From Eledone cirrhosa (taxonomy: Eukaryota), in the NCBI GenBank assembly GCA_964016885.1, contig OZ024741.1, positions 160,208,001 through 160,272,000 of the forward strand: a stretch of DNA of 64,000 nt. Direction: 5' to 3'. A model generated the notes under the pieces. That model had not been told where the DNA came from. It saw nothing but the letters and a program-made list of their open reading frames with translations, and did no database searches. Numbering within the stretch: the stretch's first letter is position 1; every line of letters starts with the position of its first letter. The position numbers were made by a program, and so were the translations under genes. This document shows positions 52,463 to 64,000 of this stretch, in pieces.

Positions 52463-53057
52463 TGTCAAGTAAGAATAATTTCGAAACAGCGAGTTGGTTT
52501 GAAATTATTAGAAATGTAAGCTATCGCTGTATTTTGACTAAAGAAATTATTTAGCCTGATAGTGGGGTTACCCTCGGAGAAATGGAAAAAGATGAGTATT
52601 GACGTACATGGGAGTCGAACCCATATCTTTGGTTATCCTGCCCACTGTGCTACCATTTACACCAACACATCACCCGTCTTTTTCCATTCAAATTAGAAGT
52701 TATAAACTTAGCGACTGTAATGTCAAGTAAGAATATTTTCGAAACAGCGAGTTGGTTTGAAATTATTAGAAATGTAAGCTATCGCCGTATTTTGACTAAA
52801 GAAATTTCTCCCAGGGTTCTTAACCCCACTATCAGGCTAAATAATTTCTTTAATTTCTAATTTGAATGAAAAAAGACGGGTTGGTGTAAATGGTTACACA
52901 GTGGTCCGGATAACCAAGGATGTGGGTTCGACTCCCATGTACGTCAATACTCATCTTTTTCCATTTCTCCGAGGGTTCTCAACCCCACTATCAGGCTAAA
53001 TAATTTCTTTAATTCTTTAGTCAAAATAGCGCGATAGCTTACATTTCTAATAATTTC
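52463..53057. mobile_element. TA-flanked element with a 258 bp unit, a partial direct repeat and an inverted copy, carrying a tRNA-like sequence
   Basis: TGTCAAGTAAGAAT..GACTAAAGAAATT at 52463 and 52721. 52856-53057 mirrors 52501-52698. Family fragment at ~27832-27895. Confidence 0.8.
52875..52946 (+). pseudogene. tRNA-like cloverleaf (pseudo-tRNA); inverted sister copy at 52600-52678
   Basis: GACGGGT-TG-GTGT AAATGGTT ACAC-A-GTGGT CCGGATA ACCAA-GGAT-GTGGG TTCGACT CCCAT-GTACGTC-A. A and B boxes present, acceptor stem mismatched, no U33. Confidence 0.7.
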
Positions 53058-53954
53058 ATATTAATATATATTAATATATATATTAGTGCTGGTGATAGTC
53101 ATGGTGGTAGTGGTATCAATTATGGTAGTATTGGTGGTAGTAATAGACTAGACTAAGGGGTAGTAGTGTTGGTGATGATGTTATTGATGCTGTTATAGAT
53201 GATGTTGGTGGTGATAGTAGTGGTAGTCGTGTTTGTGGTGGTGGATGTGTCGGTGGAAATGTTCTGTGATAGTCGTGTCAATTCAATAAATGCTATTAGT
53301 GGAGGTGGAGGTGTGTTGTGGTAGAGGTGGTGGTGGCGAAGGTGATATTATTGTTGAGTTTAATGTTGGTGTTGATGGTGATGTTGGTAATAGTGGTGAT
53401 GGTAGAGGTGTAGGTGTTGGTACTGGTTGTGTGACGGGTGGTGGTTGTGGTGGGGCAAGGGTCACCAGTAATGTAGTTTCTGCTTAATTGTTCGTTCACA
53501 CACAAGCCGTAAGCAACGCCACCTGGTTTATTGAATTAGAACGAGGCTATCTAAATATTTGGCCGACATTTTCACATACAAAATTGAAAGTGATAACAAC
53601 ACCAACCAAGGCAACAGTGGAGACAGCAAAGACAGAAACAACAACAACAACAACAAAGCCACAGTGAAAACAATGGAGCAAAGCGAACAGTAAAAAATCA
53701 ACAGTAAAGAACAACAAAGCTAAGAAAAACAAAAGCTACAAATCTGTATGATGATGATGATGATAATAATATTAACAATAATGATGATGATGATAATGAT
53801 GATGATGATGATGATAGTGTTGATGGGGATGGGGATAGCGATGGTAATGTTGGTGATGGTGGCGAGAGTTTTTAGGTTAATCGTGATGATGATGATGGTG
53901 ATGGTTATGCTGTTGTTGGTGGTGGAGGAGTTTGGGGTGTGGTGGCAATGTCAA

Positions 53955-54144
53955 TAATTGTCTCTATTTTAGGCACAAGGCCAGCAATTACCCAGTGCAT
54001 TACTGGTACTTTATTTTATCGACCCCGTAAGGATGAAAGGCAAAGTTAATCTCGGCGGGATTTGAACTCAGATCATAAAGGGACGTAACTCTATGCTTCA
54101 AAGCATGGTGTCCGACTCTCTACCGATACTCCCAATCCACCGCC
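53955..54144 (-). mobile_element. tRNA-derived SINE (family A)
   Basis: Full reverse copy. Confidence 0.88.
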
Positions 54145-56172
54145 CTCCAATGGCAATGTCAATAATAATGATTGGCATGATAATGATGATGATGATGATG
54201 GTGATGGTAATGTAGGTGATGACGATGATGATGATGTCTACGACAATGAGGCCAACAGGAAAAATAATGATTTTCTGTCGATTGGTCAGGTTTTAGTGCA
54301 TGATCACTGCTGAGGACGCAGGTATGTGAGGAAACCCGTCGGATCGACTGTTACCTGCAAAAAGGCCCAGCCGTCAATTCATTGGGAATCGCGTTAAGGG
54401 TACGCATGACAGTTGAATACTTCACCATTTACACCTAAATTCCCCGAGTCGGACGTATTGTTGATCGAATAACTGAATGCTCGTTGAGGAAACCGACAGA
54501 GAATCCATACACCATACTGACTACACAGATGTACTACCAGTGTGAGAACTATAAATTTACTGTTTCAATTCTCACTGGATTACAATTCACGCTGTGTTTA
54601 AGATAAGGCTTCCTGCTTGTAATATCCGATCTAGATACTCAACTATAGGTGTTTATTTAACTCTACTGGGATGAAAGAATGGTATTTAACTAATGTAATG
54701 GTACGCGATGGGGCCATCCACAGCCCCGGCGGACAGAATGGTGTGTGTGTGTGTCTGTGTGTGTGAGTATGTGTGTTTCTGTGTGTGTGTCTGTGTTTGT
54801 GTCTGTGTGTATGTGTGTATGTGTGTCTGTGTGTGTCTGTGTGTGTGTGTATGTATGTGTGTGTGTGTGTGTGTGTGTCTGTGTGTGTGTGTGTGTGTGT
54901 TTGTGTGTGTGTTTGTGTGTGTGTGTGCGTGTGGACAGATGCCGTAGATATCAGTAGCCTATACCATTGCTACCCCCAAAAATGTGATCGTAGATAGTGT
55001 GGGAGAACAGCTCCCTGGCATGCAGAAGTACAGGCCTAGGCTGCCTTGTGATCCAATCGGACAGGATGGGGAAAGCGTTGCCACGGGGGATAGTTGGGGG
55101 AGAAGCAATGGAATAACCAATTCAACTCGCAGAGCTCACTTCTGTGGATGGCCAACGCAGCCCCTATAGCAGTTACTAGGGAGGTAGTACGGGGACCAAG
55201 AACGCCAAAAGTTTCTGCTGCTATGCTACAGATTCAACGGTTGTAACCAGTCATTTAGTTGCTGTTGTGGTGCTGCCTATGTCAGCACTGACTGGGCAGG
55301 ATAATAATTGTTTCTACTTTTTTGGCACGAGGCCAGCAATTACCCAGTGCATTACTGGTACGCAGGAAAATAATGCCACTTTCATTTCTAAGGTGAGGAT
55401 AACTTGACTGCTATTTCTAGCAGGTCAAGCGACAAAGTAGCCTCCCCCAATTTATTTGACGTAGCCGGAGATGCTACTGTTTCCATTAATATTAGATGAT
55501 GCGGTTCTACGTCTTGTTTGTTTGTGACGGTGGCGATGGGGTGCTGGAGGAAGTGATGGTGGTGTTGGTGATGGTGTTAGTGGCGCTATTATTGGTGCTG
55601 TTAGTGGTGTTGAGCGTGGTGATGATGATGGTGGTGGTGGTGGTGGTGGGAGTGGTAGCAATGATGGTGTTAGTGGCGCTGTTATTGGTGCTGTTAGTGG
55701 TGTTGAGGGTGGTGATGATGATGATGGTGGTGGTGGTGGTGGGAGTGGTAAAAATGATGGTGTTAGTGGTGTTGATGATGGTGGTGGTGGTTGTGGTGGT
55801 AGGTGGTGGTGGTGGTGGTGGTGGTGATGATGGGGGTGTTGGTGGTGATGGTGTTGGTGGTGGTGATGGTAGTAGTAATGATGATGGCGGTGGCGGTGAT
55901 GGTGGTGATGGTAATGATGATGGTGGTATTGCTGTTGTTTGTATGTCACATAACTGTAATAACAAACAATTGAGATTGTCCCAGTCTATTGAGTGAGGGA
56001 ACATCTCTTGAACAGATGACGTGACTTTCCATTAAACGTCAGGTGGCCGCCACCACTACTACCACCTCTAACAACATCACCACAAACAACAACAACAAAA
56101 TCACCACTACTACTACTACCACCATTAAAGCTAAGCTACATCAACATGTTCTTATATGTATGCACACACATA

Positions 56173-56227
<55 letters not shown>

Positions 56228-56238
56228 ATGTATAAATA

Positions 56239-56350
<112 letters not shown>

Positions 56351-56651
56351 GAGAGAAAGAGATTGTGTATGTGTGTGTTGCGTGTGCATGTGTACATGGT
56401 TGTGTACATGGTTGTGTACATGTGTACATGTGTGTGTTGCGTGTACATGGTTGTTCAGCTCTTTGAGGACATTTGCATGGATTTAGAAAAAGACGCATAA
56501 GTCAAGAAAAATTGGCATAAATAATCTACAGACACTTCTTGCCGAACCTACCCCATAAATCCACCGTTACCACCGATGGCTGCTTCAATATAATGTCTAA
56601 AACGTTGACATGCCCGAATCAGATGACCTTTATCTATTTTAGATATTGTGA

Positions 56652-56795
56652 AGGCGTATGACTTAGTGATTAGAGCACTGGGCTTGCAATCGAAAGGTTG
56701 TGAGTTCGATTCTTGGACCGGGTGATGTGTTGTGTCCTTGAGCAAGACACTTTATTGTCACGTTGCTCCAGTTCACTCAGCTGTAGAAATTAGTT
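56652..56795 (+). mobile_element. tRNA-derived SINE, family B (CORE-like); related reverse copy at ~14925-15148
   Basis: TGACTTAGTGA A-box, GAGTTCGATTC B-box, TTGTGTCCTTGAGCAAGACACTT core. Confidence 0.75.
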
Positions 56796-57069
56796 GTGAT
56801 CCTGCCAAATCAATGGGTGGCAGTAGTTCCAGCTGCACGCACAGAAAGACTGGTGTAGTGGTTCTGAGAACAATCCTGCTTTGCAGATGATCAATGTAAA
56901 TTGACAATGGAAAGGCGCTCCCGCTCGAGTTAGAAGAGAACAAGTGACCTTCAGGAGAAGCAGCGACCCCTGATTCTATTCAGCAACTGAAACAAATATG
57001 GAGTACACCAAATCCAATGTTCCTAGGGGCGGCCCTGGTTCTTCTTATTTGCGAGTGTAAACTCGGCCG

Positions 57070-57850
57070 GATTAGATTATATTAGTTATGGCGGAATTCA
57101 GAGATTTTATTGTGTTAATGTGGCATTGATTGATTTCCCTTTCGAGTACACCCCAAATGTAGTAGCCCAACGTATATAGTTCCAGAGAGTTAGGAGGCCA
57201 TATGCTGGATGTGACATGGTCATGGAGATTGTAACTCATCTCTTCTTGAGTTGTTGTGGCTCTATGAGACAACGCAAAGTCTTGTTGGTAGGTGCGCGGT
57301 CTTCCTTTCCTCGTGCTCTCTAAACAAGGCCTATTTATTGTCAGCAGTATTGGCCCTTAAACCCTAAGGAAAAAAGTGAGGAGATATGACATATTCCTCG
57401 TTGTGTACATGGCTGTTAGGACGTCAAGTATATATGCATAACAATTTGTCATTCTTTTGATTGACCTTTTGGTCCTGATAAAAGTGTTTTCTCACCAGAG
57501 AAAACCAAAGCATCGCTCTTGATGTTTCAACTGGCTCAACAAGTATGTATCAGGTGGTTATCTTTTGTCTTTGCAGACATGAATTGACCAATCCGCATCA
57601 TTTATGATTTGTATCGAAGGTCCTTGTGCACAATTCCTCCGATAGTGTGCCATGAAACCTTGAACTCCTTGGCAATGACACTAATTGACTTTCCGGGGTT
57701 CTTATCGATAATTTTCTGCACTTTTCGTATAAATTTATTTGTTCTGATAATATTAGAAACCATAGCAGACGTTTTACGTTTGGCTACTGCTGTAGAATCA
57801 TTGTCAGCGGCTTAAGCTCTTTGCCAACTTTCACAACAAACGACCGAGTA
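57070..57850 (-). pseudogene. Decayed Tc1/mariner transposase remnant
   Basis: WPPNSLELYTLGYYIWGVLE resembles the WPPxSPDLNPLDY motif. Boundaries are approximate. Confidence 0.65.
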
Positions 57851-58495
57851 TGACTTGATAGTGTTTACTATGTTTTGCTAAGGATCGTAGGTGCTCATAC
57901 ATTTTCGAGAAAATACAGATACCCTCTCTACCCTCCCTAGTTTGATCTAGATCATCCAGTATATGACAGTTGGAAGGAGAGAACGTTGCATTGGGTTGCT
58001 ACTTCGAGCATGAAAAGAGGAAAGGCAGGGTTAATTTGAACACAGAACACAGTGACTAGAAACACATATCTAATTCTCTAACGCGCCTGCCAAATAGGCT
58101 GCCTACACACACACACATATATATAAACATACATACTTAAATTCATACATACTTACGTACATATATATGTATATATATATATATATATATATCATAATAT
58201 TGTTATGGAGTATGTAATATGTTTGTATGTGTCTTTAAGCATGTACTTCCTATTTGGTAAATTCTCCCATGTTGTTACTACACTTTTATTAATTTTGAAC
58301 AATGTTTTATATTTTAAATTCATTCCTGAAAAACAATTATGTATTATTTTCAACAAATAACAAATGTTTATATATAAGCTTAAAAACCTATCTATTATCA
58401 TGAAGACATGTACCTACCTACTTACCTACCTACCTACCTACCTACCTACCTACCTACATACATACATACATACATACATACATACATACATACAT

Positions 58496-59105
58496 GGTGG
58501 TAGCTGCCAACTCGTTTTCGAGTACGGCCACTACTTTATATCCATGTAGGAGAACCCCTACCGATGCGCTGAACGAGTGTGACTTTTTAGTCCAGCCAGT
58601 AACTTGAAAACTCTGGTACAAACACTACTCTTGTGACAATTATTGACACATAGTGCTGGGCCCATGGTACCATGTGACGACAAGTGCAGAGAGATCTCCA
58701 GATATAAAGAAATGCCTGTGCCGTGAAGCTTTTATAGTGAGCAAAGGCACTGCACAAAGCCAGTCCCACTCTCTTAACCAAGATGATATTTACCAAAAAG
58801 AAGAACAAGTCAACATCATTGGATACCATCAGGGTTGCAGGTGTTATATCAGAGTTTTCCTTCTCCTAGAATTCTGCCTTGACAAAGGCTAAGGGGTCAT
58901 CTCTCCCGGTGATTTTGGACGGCCATTGACTCTTAAGAACTCCTTTGCCCTTTGACAGGTTTTGTTTTTAGTCCTGCAGGATGTCCAAAGTCACCCTCCT
59001 CACCAAGAAACCTTGGTGGGGTTGCCAGTTTAGTCGCCAACGACCCGACCATGAGACAGGTTGTACTGGGATACATGTTACCAGTAGCACCAAGTGGTGA
59101 CCTGA
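58496..59105 (-). mobile_element. (ATGT)n-tailed retroposon, apparently full length (~610 bp), ~170 bp upstream of the Gfi acceptor
   Basis: Longest copy, with (ACAT)n on both flanks. The same 5' start, TGTCAGGTC, is seen at 7469. Confidence 0.92.
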
Positions 59106-59278
59106 CATACATGCATACATACATACATACATACATACATACATACATACATACATACATACATACATACATACATGTATATATGTATATATACTTATAT
59201 TTGTTTTACTTGTCATTAAACTGCGACCATGCTGGGGCGTATTCCTCATATTTATTTCTCCATCATTGTATTTTTCAG

Positions 59279-60117
59279 GCGAAAAACCGTACAAGTGCAC
59301 TCACTGTGGCAAAGCGTTTAGCCAGTCGTCCAACCTAATAACCCACTGTCGGAAGCACTCAGGCTTCAAGCCATTCGCTTGCCAGAGATGTAGCAAATCG
59401 TTTCAACGCAAGGTTGATCTTCGGCGGCACATGGAGAGCCACCATGCTGTGAATATGCTCCAGTCAGAAAATGACCATCTCATAGAACCACAACTACAAC
59501 AACAGCAGCAGCAGCAACAACAACATCAACAGCAGCAGCAGCGGCACCACCAACCATCACTACCACCACCTGCCCCAGCAGCACAACAACAACAGCAACA
59601 GCAGCCGCAACAGCATCAGCAGCAACATCAGCAGCATCAGCAGCATCAACAGTATCGACAACACCATTCTCAAAACATTCATCATCACCACCATCATCAT
59701 CATCACAATCTTTCGCAGCACTCTCGAGACCGCTCTTCACCATTATCACTTACAGCGCCGCCACTACCACCACCTCTATCACAAATTGAACATCAACAAC
59801 ACCAACATCCGCACCATCACCACCAGCAACATCATCAGCCTCACCAACAACAACAGCAAACGAATACAAATTTAGAAGATGACCAATTACGTCTACATGA
59901 TCAGCATCCACTTCATCCGAACAATGTATTCACATCGAAGCATCTTCTGAACGAAAGGAACATGGCTGTCATTGAGGCTAGCTCGAGTGGTGGAACGAGT
60001 CCGTCTGGCAAAACCATGACTCTCGTAGCGGCGGCAGCAACAGCGGCAGTGATGCATCATCCACAGACGCTTCTAAAAAGCCACCAATTCATCACTAATG
60101 CTGCTGTTCATATTTGA
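59279..60117 (+). CDS. GFI1: Gfi-1/Senseless-family terminal coding exon: fingers 5-6 and Gln/His-rich tail
   Basis: Acceptor TTTTTCAG|GC (phase 1) restores the HTG-EKPY linker. [18 protein letters not shown] and [10 protein letters not shown] present. Stop TGA at 60115-60117. Confidence 0.93.
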
Positions 60118-60544
60118 ATAACTTTTTTTATTCCATATCTCTGAAACCGATAGGAAAATTGACTGAACTCTGCAAACGTTTTGGCCGTTTTCGGTTGCAT
60201 GTCGGTTTGGATCACAGTTCGAATTCAGTAAGAATTCGACAACAATCAGATTTGAACTCTGTAAGAGATTTAAACTCGACTGAATACGGATCAAATTCAG
60301 CTGCAATGGAACTCAATGTTAACGTAAAAACACCATCGCAACACAAGAACTAAAGGAATATATGTTTGTTTTCAGCTGATATGATCGGTAAAATATGACT
60401 GAACACCGCTTAACTCCCTTGTCAAAATTCCGTAGTCGGAGTCGTTCCGAAGTGGGTTAGAGAACGGCTCCGTTATAAGAATGACTGATAATCAAAATGC
60501 AATTCCGATCAATATATATGCGTGTCTATGTTCGTATGCATGTT

Positions 60545-60608
<64 letters not shown>

Positions 60609-60768
60609 TACATGCGAACATAGATACGCATATATATATATATGCACGCACACACACACATACTCACACACATACACACACGTATATATATAAAGGTATA
60701 TATATATATATATACGGATCTAATTGTCGAAACGGCCGGAGCTCAGCCGTCGGGGTCCTGACTCTTTT

Positions 60769-60825
<57 letters not shown>

Positions 60826-60918
60826 TATAGCAAACATTCATACGAACATAGATAAGCATATGTATATATGCACGCGCACACACACACACTCACACTCACA
60901 CACACACACACACTCACA

Positions 60919-61019
<101 letters not shown>

Positions 61020-61020
61020 C

Positions 61021-61107
61021 AATAAAAATGAAACTAATTGTACAAAAGTACAAGAGCGAACACTGTTTCAAAGCCCACAACTACTGTAAAATATTAACAT
61101 GAATAAA
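61021..61107 (+). terminator. Candidate polyadenylation signals (AATAAA at 61021 and 61102)
   Basis: Hexamers ~0.9-1.0 kb after the stop. The AT-rich context makes chance occurrence plausible. Confidence 0.3.
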
Positions 61108-61406
61108 ACGTTATATAATAAACCTGAACAAGTTTAAGAATAATGAAGAGAAATAAAAAAGAACAAAACTAAATAAACAACTGATTAAAGAAGCGTTATC
61201 TGATCAAATATCTATAACACTTCACTTAAATCTAAATATACCGTGGAAATTGTGAAATGTCCATGAACAAATGAAGAAATCTTTTGACTCTATCTAACAA
61301 ACAAAAACAAAATGAAATTAACAATTATATAATAATAATATTATTAATAATGATAATAATAATAACAACAATAATAATAATAATATCATTATTGTTATTA
61401 TTATTA

Positions 61407-61464
<58 letters not shown>

Positions 61465-61680
61465 CATTACGACACTCAAGGCCTCTAATTTGTGGGCGAA
61501 AAAGGTCGATTATATTGGCTGTGGTGCTTGACTGGCATCATATATATATATGATGTATATATATGATGTATATATATATATGTATATATATATATATGTA
61601 TATGCATATATATCTATATCTATATCTATATACATATATATATGCATATATATGTGCATATATATATGTATATACATACA

Positions 61681-61822
<142 letters not shown>

Positions 61823-61889
61823 TATGAACATATATATATATATATACATATAAACATATATATATATATATATACATACACACATATAT

Positions 61890-61947
<58 letters not shown>

Positions 61948-62454
61948 TTATTTATTTATTTATTCATTTATTTATTTAATTATTTCTGTTATCGACTCCG
62001 GAAGGATCAAAGACAAGGTTGATTTCGGCGGGATTGGAACTGAGAAGTTAAAGGGCCGGAACATATACATATGCAAATCATTTTTGTCCGAAGCTTTCCC
62101 CATTCAGCCGCTAATAAATAGTTGCACCATTTTGTATTTATATTTCTCTTTAATGAATTCACATGTCTCATCCATGTCGACAGTCGAAATTCGATATAGG
62201 ACCCACTACCGTTCTCGTATGATATCCAAGGATGACCGGCTGCCTATATTGATACATCTATTGTTGTAGTTTTCGGGAAGGTTTTTTATGTTTGTTGTTG
62301 TTTTGTTTTGTTTTTTTCCAATACAATAAACTACAGTGTAGTTTTGGCTTCTTCTCCTGCTTCCCATTTTCTAGACTATATCACAAACGAACATGGAAAA
62401 CATTCTGGAGTATTAAAAGAAAGACTCACACATACACATGCTTCTTTATACATA

Positions 62455-62960
62455 TATACATACATACATGCATTCATACACACATACATACACACATACA
62501 TACATACATACATACATACATACATACATACATACATACATACATACATGCATATATACATGTATGCATACATACATATATATATACATACGTACGTACA
62601 TACATACAGGTATACATACATGCATACATGCATACATACATGCATATATACATGCATACATATATACATACGTACATACATACATGTATACATACATACA
62701 TACATACATACATACATACATACATACATACATACATACATACATACATACATACATACATACATACACACATACATACATACATACATACGTGCGTACA
62801 TACACACATACATGTATACATACATATATGCATGCATACATACATACAAACATACAAACATACATACAAACATACATACATACAAACATACATACATACA
62901 TACATACATACATACATACATACATACATACATACACACACACATACATACATACATAAT
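62455..62960. repeat. Imperfect (TACA)n microsatellite
   Basis: Seen directly. Confidence 0.95.
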
Positions 62961-63135
62961 ACTTATATATGCATGTCTGAACTTACGTACATGCATACAT
63001 ACACATGCAAGTGTACATATATGAATTGGTAAACAATTGTGTTTACATATGGAGAAAAGGTACTCATAAAGACAAATGTGCATATTTGATCAGAAACAGA
63101 ATCCCTGAGTTTCACGTCTCTGATAGTTCAAACGA

Positions 63136-63183
<48 letters not shown>

Positions 63184-63236
63184 CGTTCTGAATTTGTTTA
63201 GCAAGATTCTTTATCTGAAAGCGTGTGTTGAAACCG

Positions 63237-63606
63237 ATATTGTTATGCTTTGGGAGGGTCATGTTGCCAATAAGAAACACACGCACCAGTTATTTCACTT
63301 CAATTTATTATAAATTAAATTTATAAATTTAGGAATTTATAAATTTCCGGTTGGTTGGTTGGTTCCACAATCAGACGATTGTTCATATATTGTCAAAGCT
63401 CTCAAAGAATCCCCAGTCACTGAAGAGGTCACAGAATGTGTGACGAAAGAACTTTGACAATATATGAACAATCGTCTGGTTGTGGAACCAACCAACCCAC
63501 CGGAAATTTATAAATTCCTAAATTTATAAATTTAATTTATAATAAATTGAAGTGAAAGCAACTGGTGCGTGTGTTTCTTATTGGCAACATGACGCTCCCA
63601 AAGCAT

Positions 63607-63614
<8 letters not shown>
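63237..63614 (+). mobile_element. Long inverted repeat (~165 bp arms) with a hammerhead motif at 63416-63458, between (TA)n tracts
   Basis: Arms 63237-63402 and 63448-63614 are near-identical. The spacer and start of the right arm read GTCA-CTGAAGA-G GTCACA GAATG TGTGAC-GAAA-GAAC-TT-TGAC. Confidence 0.8.
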
Positions 63615-63646
<32 letters not shown>

Positions 63647-63653
63647 GATGATG

Positions 63654-63701
<48 letters not shown>

Positions 63702-64000
63702 GTGTGTGTATATATATATATGTGTATATATATATATGTATATATAAATATATATATATGTGTGTGTATGCATATTTCTAGGGTGAAGATTTTCTTTTGT
63801 AAATTCATATACATACGTGAACGTGTATGTGTGCATGTATATATATTTTAGTGTGCATATTATTACTATGTGTATATTAATTATAAGTGTTTTGATGAGT
63901 GAGTGAGAAGCAGTAATGGGCACAACTAGAGTCTAGCCAAGCAACCAATCAACCAATCAACCACAGAATAACGAACTAATGAACCAATTAAACGATAAAA

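Noticed and set aside
52875-52946. Functional tRNA-Ser(GGA) gene
   Set aside because: Mismatched acceptor stem, no U33, short variable arm, and duplicated within a repeat.
55452-56004. His/Pro/Thr/Val-rich ORFs on both strands
   Set aside because: Degenerate (GGT/GAT)n repeat with a short internal duplication; no splice or homology support.
59010-59100. Canonical HDV-like, twister or pistol ribozyme in the ATGT element
   Set aside because: CTAA and a CCAGT/ACTGG pairing exist, but P1, P3 and L3 could not be fitted. Kept only as an unclassified structure.

Overview
Repeat-saturated animal genomic DNA. The microsatellite density and SINE types suggest an octopus or other cephalopod, which is my inference. 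One host gene is supported: a six-finger Gfi-1/Senseless-family C2H2 transcription factor on the + strand. Its coding exons are 32531-33610 and 59279-60117, separated by a 25.7 kb intron, and it has an unusual ~220 aa Gln/His-rich C-terminal tail. The rest is mobile DNA, and each retroelement family sits in its own microsatellite type. (i) Two-ORF Tx1/L1-like LINEs always sit in (TATC)n: one full-length copy, one 5'-truncated copy and two 3'-end stubs. (ii) A ~610 bp non-coding retroposon always ends in (ATGT)n: 8 copies, one with a twin-priming-type inversion. (iii) Many small direct- or inverted-repeat elements lie beside (TA)n tracts; several carry Penelope-type minimal hammerhead ribozyme motifs and one carries a tRNA-like cloverleaf. 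(iv) tRNA-derived SINEs, a decayed RTE LINE, a mariner remnant and several mini/microsatellites make up the remainder. Almost all other ORFs in the track are translations of simple repeats. All structures and alignments were read by eye; no searches were run.
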